From NCBI GenBank assembly GCA_020632695.1, contig JACKFB010000003.1, positions 321,061 through 385,060 of the forward strand: a DNA stretch of 64,000 nucleotides, read 5' to 3'. This stretch comes from Deltaproteobacteria bacterium. Lineage in GTDB: Bacteria > Myxococcota_A > UBA9042 > PHBI01 > JACKFB01. Every line of letters starts with the position of its first letter. The stretch's first letter is position 1. Shown in pieces: positions 62,926 to 64,000 of the stretch. A model generated the notes under the pieces. The model ran no database searches. It was not told where the DNA came from and saw nothing but the letters and a program-made list of their open reading frames with translations. The position numbers and the translations under genes are program-made.

Positions 62926-63981
62926 TCAACGCGTGACCTCGAGTACCTGGAACTTCCGGTTGGTCGCCACCACGCGGCAGCGGCCGAAGCTCCGCCGGAG
63001 CACGCTGGGGTAGCCGAGGTGGGCGTTGGCGACCACGCGCATCCGGCCGCCGGGGCGCAGCGCGCGGTGGGCGTCGGCGAACATCTGCCGCGCCACGGCC
63101 TCGCCGACCGTGTGCCCCTGGTGGAAGGGCGGGTTGCAGAGCACCAGGTCCACCGACTCGGGCGCCTGGCCCTCGTAGCAGTGGGTCCACACGCAGCGCG
63201 GCTCGTCGGGGAAGTAGCGGGCGTGGCTGGCCTGGGCGCTGCAGAGCGCCATCCAGGACTCGTCGGCGAAGACGACCTGCGACGCGGGGCTCTGGAGCCT
63301 GGCGGCGATGCCCAGCGCCCCGTCGCCGCACCCCAGGTCCAGGACGCAGGGGAAGTCGCCGCGCGGGAGGTTCGCCAGCAGAAAGCGCGTGCCGATGTCG
63401 AGCTTCTCGCGGCTGAAGAGGTTGGAGTGGTGGACGAAGGGGTGGGCGAAGCCGTCGAGGGGCACGTCCTGGGGGTAGGGCGACGGCGTCGGGCTGCGCG
63501 TGAGCTCGGCGAAGATGAGGCGCGCCTTCTTGTGCGCCAGGCTGGTCCGCGTGGGGCCGATGAGCCGGTCGAGCAGCTCGAAGCTGCCCCTGGCCTGATG
63601 CTTGACCATGAAGGCGCAGACGACGGCAGCGCCCGGCGCCAGGAGCTGGCTCAGGTGGCAGAGCTGGTCCTCGAAGAAGGCCAGGTTCTTCGGGATCCGC
63701 AGCACGGCGAGGTCGAAGGGGCCTGTGAGCTCGTCGAGGGAGCCCACCGGCCGGAGGCGCCCGCCGCTGTTGAGCGCCATGGCCCGGCTGCTCACGTAGG
63801 AGTCCGAATACGAGGTCAGGTCCAGGCCCGCGAGCGCGCAGCCCAGCGCCCCGAAGCCGTCGTTCAGCAGCGCGATGCGCTCGGTCGTGAGACCCAGCCC
63901 GCCCATGTGTTCGAGCAAGAGCGCGTCGGCGGCATCCCACGCCTGGAGGAGGTCGCCAGCCATGCGCGGATAGCGCTGCAA
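62926..63981 (-). CDS. class I SAM-dependent rRNA methyltransferase (RsmC/RlmG family)
   Basis: 351 aa. VLDLGCGDGALG SAM-binding motif and NPPFH catalytic motif in the C-terminal MTS domain. N-terminal duplicated non-catalytic domain. Confidence 0.75.
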   Translation of the reverse strand: MQRYPRMAGDLLQAWDAADALLLEHMGGLGLTTERIALLNDGFGALGCALAGLDLTSYSDSYVSSRAMALNSGGRLRPVGSLDELTGPFDLAVLRIPKNLAFFEDQLCHLSQLLAPGAAVVCAFMVKHQARGSFELLDRLIGPTRTSLAHKKARLIFAELTRSPTPSPYPQDVPLDGFAHPFVHHSNLFSREKLDIGTRFLLANLPRGDFPCVLDLGCGDGALGIAARLQSPASQVVFADESWMALCSAQASHARYFPDEPRCVWTHCYEGQAPESVDLVLCNPPFHQGHTVGEAVARQMFADAHRALRPGGRMRVVANAHLGYPSVLRRSFGRCRVVATNRKFQVLEVTR

Positions 63982-64000
63982 CGCCGGATCGATGGCGAAA

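Overview
This is a high-GC (roughly 70%) chromosomal segment typical of a myxobacterium (Myxococcota). All gene calls are from reading the six-frame track and the sequence by eye; no searches were run, so family names are recognition-based and start sites are ORF-frame arithmetic (accurate to a few codons). No rRNA, tRNA, CRISPR array, integrase or transposase was seen.

The left two thirds are mostly core genes interleaved with accessory secreted-protein genes and small toxin-antitoxin modules:
- A 5'-truncated patatin-like phospholipase; small c-type heme lipoproteins (CxxCH) and a membrane sensor with a C-terminal 4-Cys ribbon; a DUF763 protein.
- A DUF4266 / DUF3570 / TlpA-ApbE cluster in which the thioredoxin and the FAD:protein FMN transferase are fused; a CheY-like receiver, DUF962, Dps, DUF3565 and acs.
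- Four unusual Cys-rich or lectin-like secreted lipoprotein genes, an AbrB-type gene, and an Xre(DUF2384)/RES toxin-antitoxin pair.
- sufB-sufC-sufD-sufS with an embedded lipoprotein, an antisense PhyH gene and a SufU-like scaffold.
- A sensor-less PspF-like sigma-54 activator divergent from ric, with a sigma-54 promoter candidate; a GT-C-like membrane protein and a TPR-rhomboid protease.

The right third (about 39.5-50.3 kb) is an accessory/defense island:
- An addiction-module antitoxin plus ParE/RelE toxin, flanked by about 190-bp direct repeats.
- An uncharacterized operon of a 101-aa protein and a 163-aa HEPN-like protein, then a 276-aa hypothetical.
- A 120-bp fragment of ygiQ.
- A clearly lower-GC type I restriction-modification cassette. 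hsdR and hsdS are intact. An ABC-type ATPase gene and hsdM each carry what read as compensating frameshifts.

Downstream lie an intact ygiQ radical-SAM gene and a roughly 8.3-kb giant gene. The giant gene encodes an S8 subtilisin-like lipoprotein followed by roughly 75-80 tandem 24-aa Cys-rich repeats and a MYXO-CTERM-like sorting signal, interrupted by one frameshift. After it come a TPR membrane protein, a small Cys-rich lipoprotein and an RsmC/RlmG-type rRNA methyltransferase.

The best candidates for something undescribed are the uncharacterized three-gene stretch beside the decaying R-M cassette, the fused TlpA-ApbE in the DUF4266/DUF3570 cluster, the giant protease-repeat protein, and the Cys-rich lipoprotein families.
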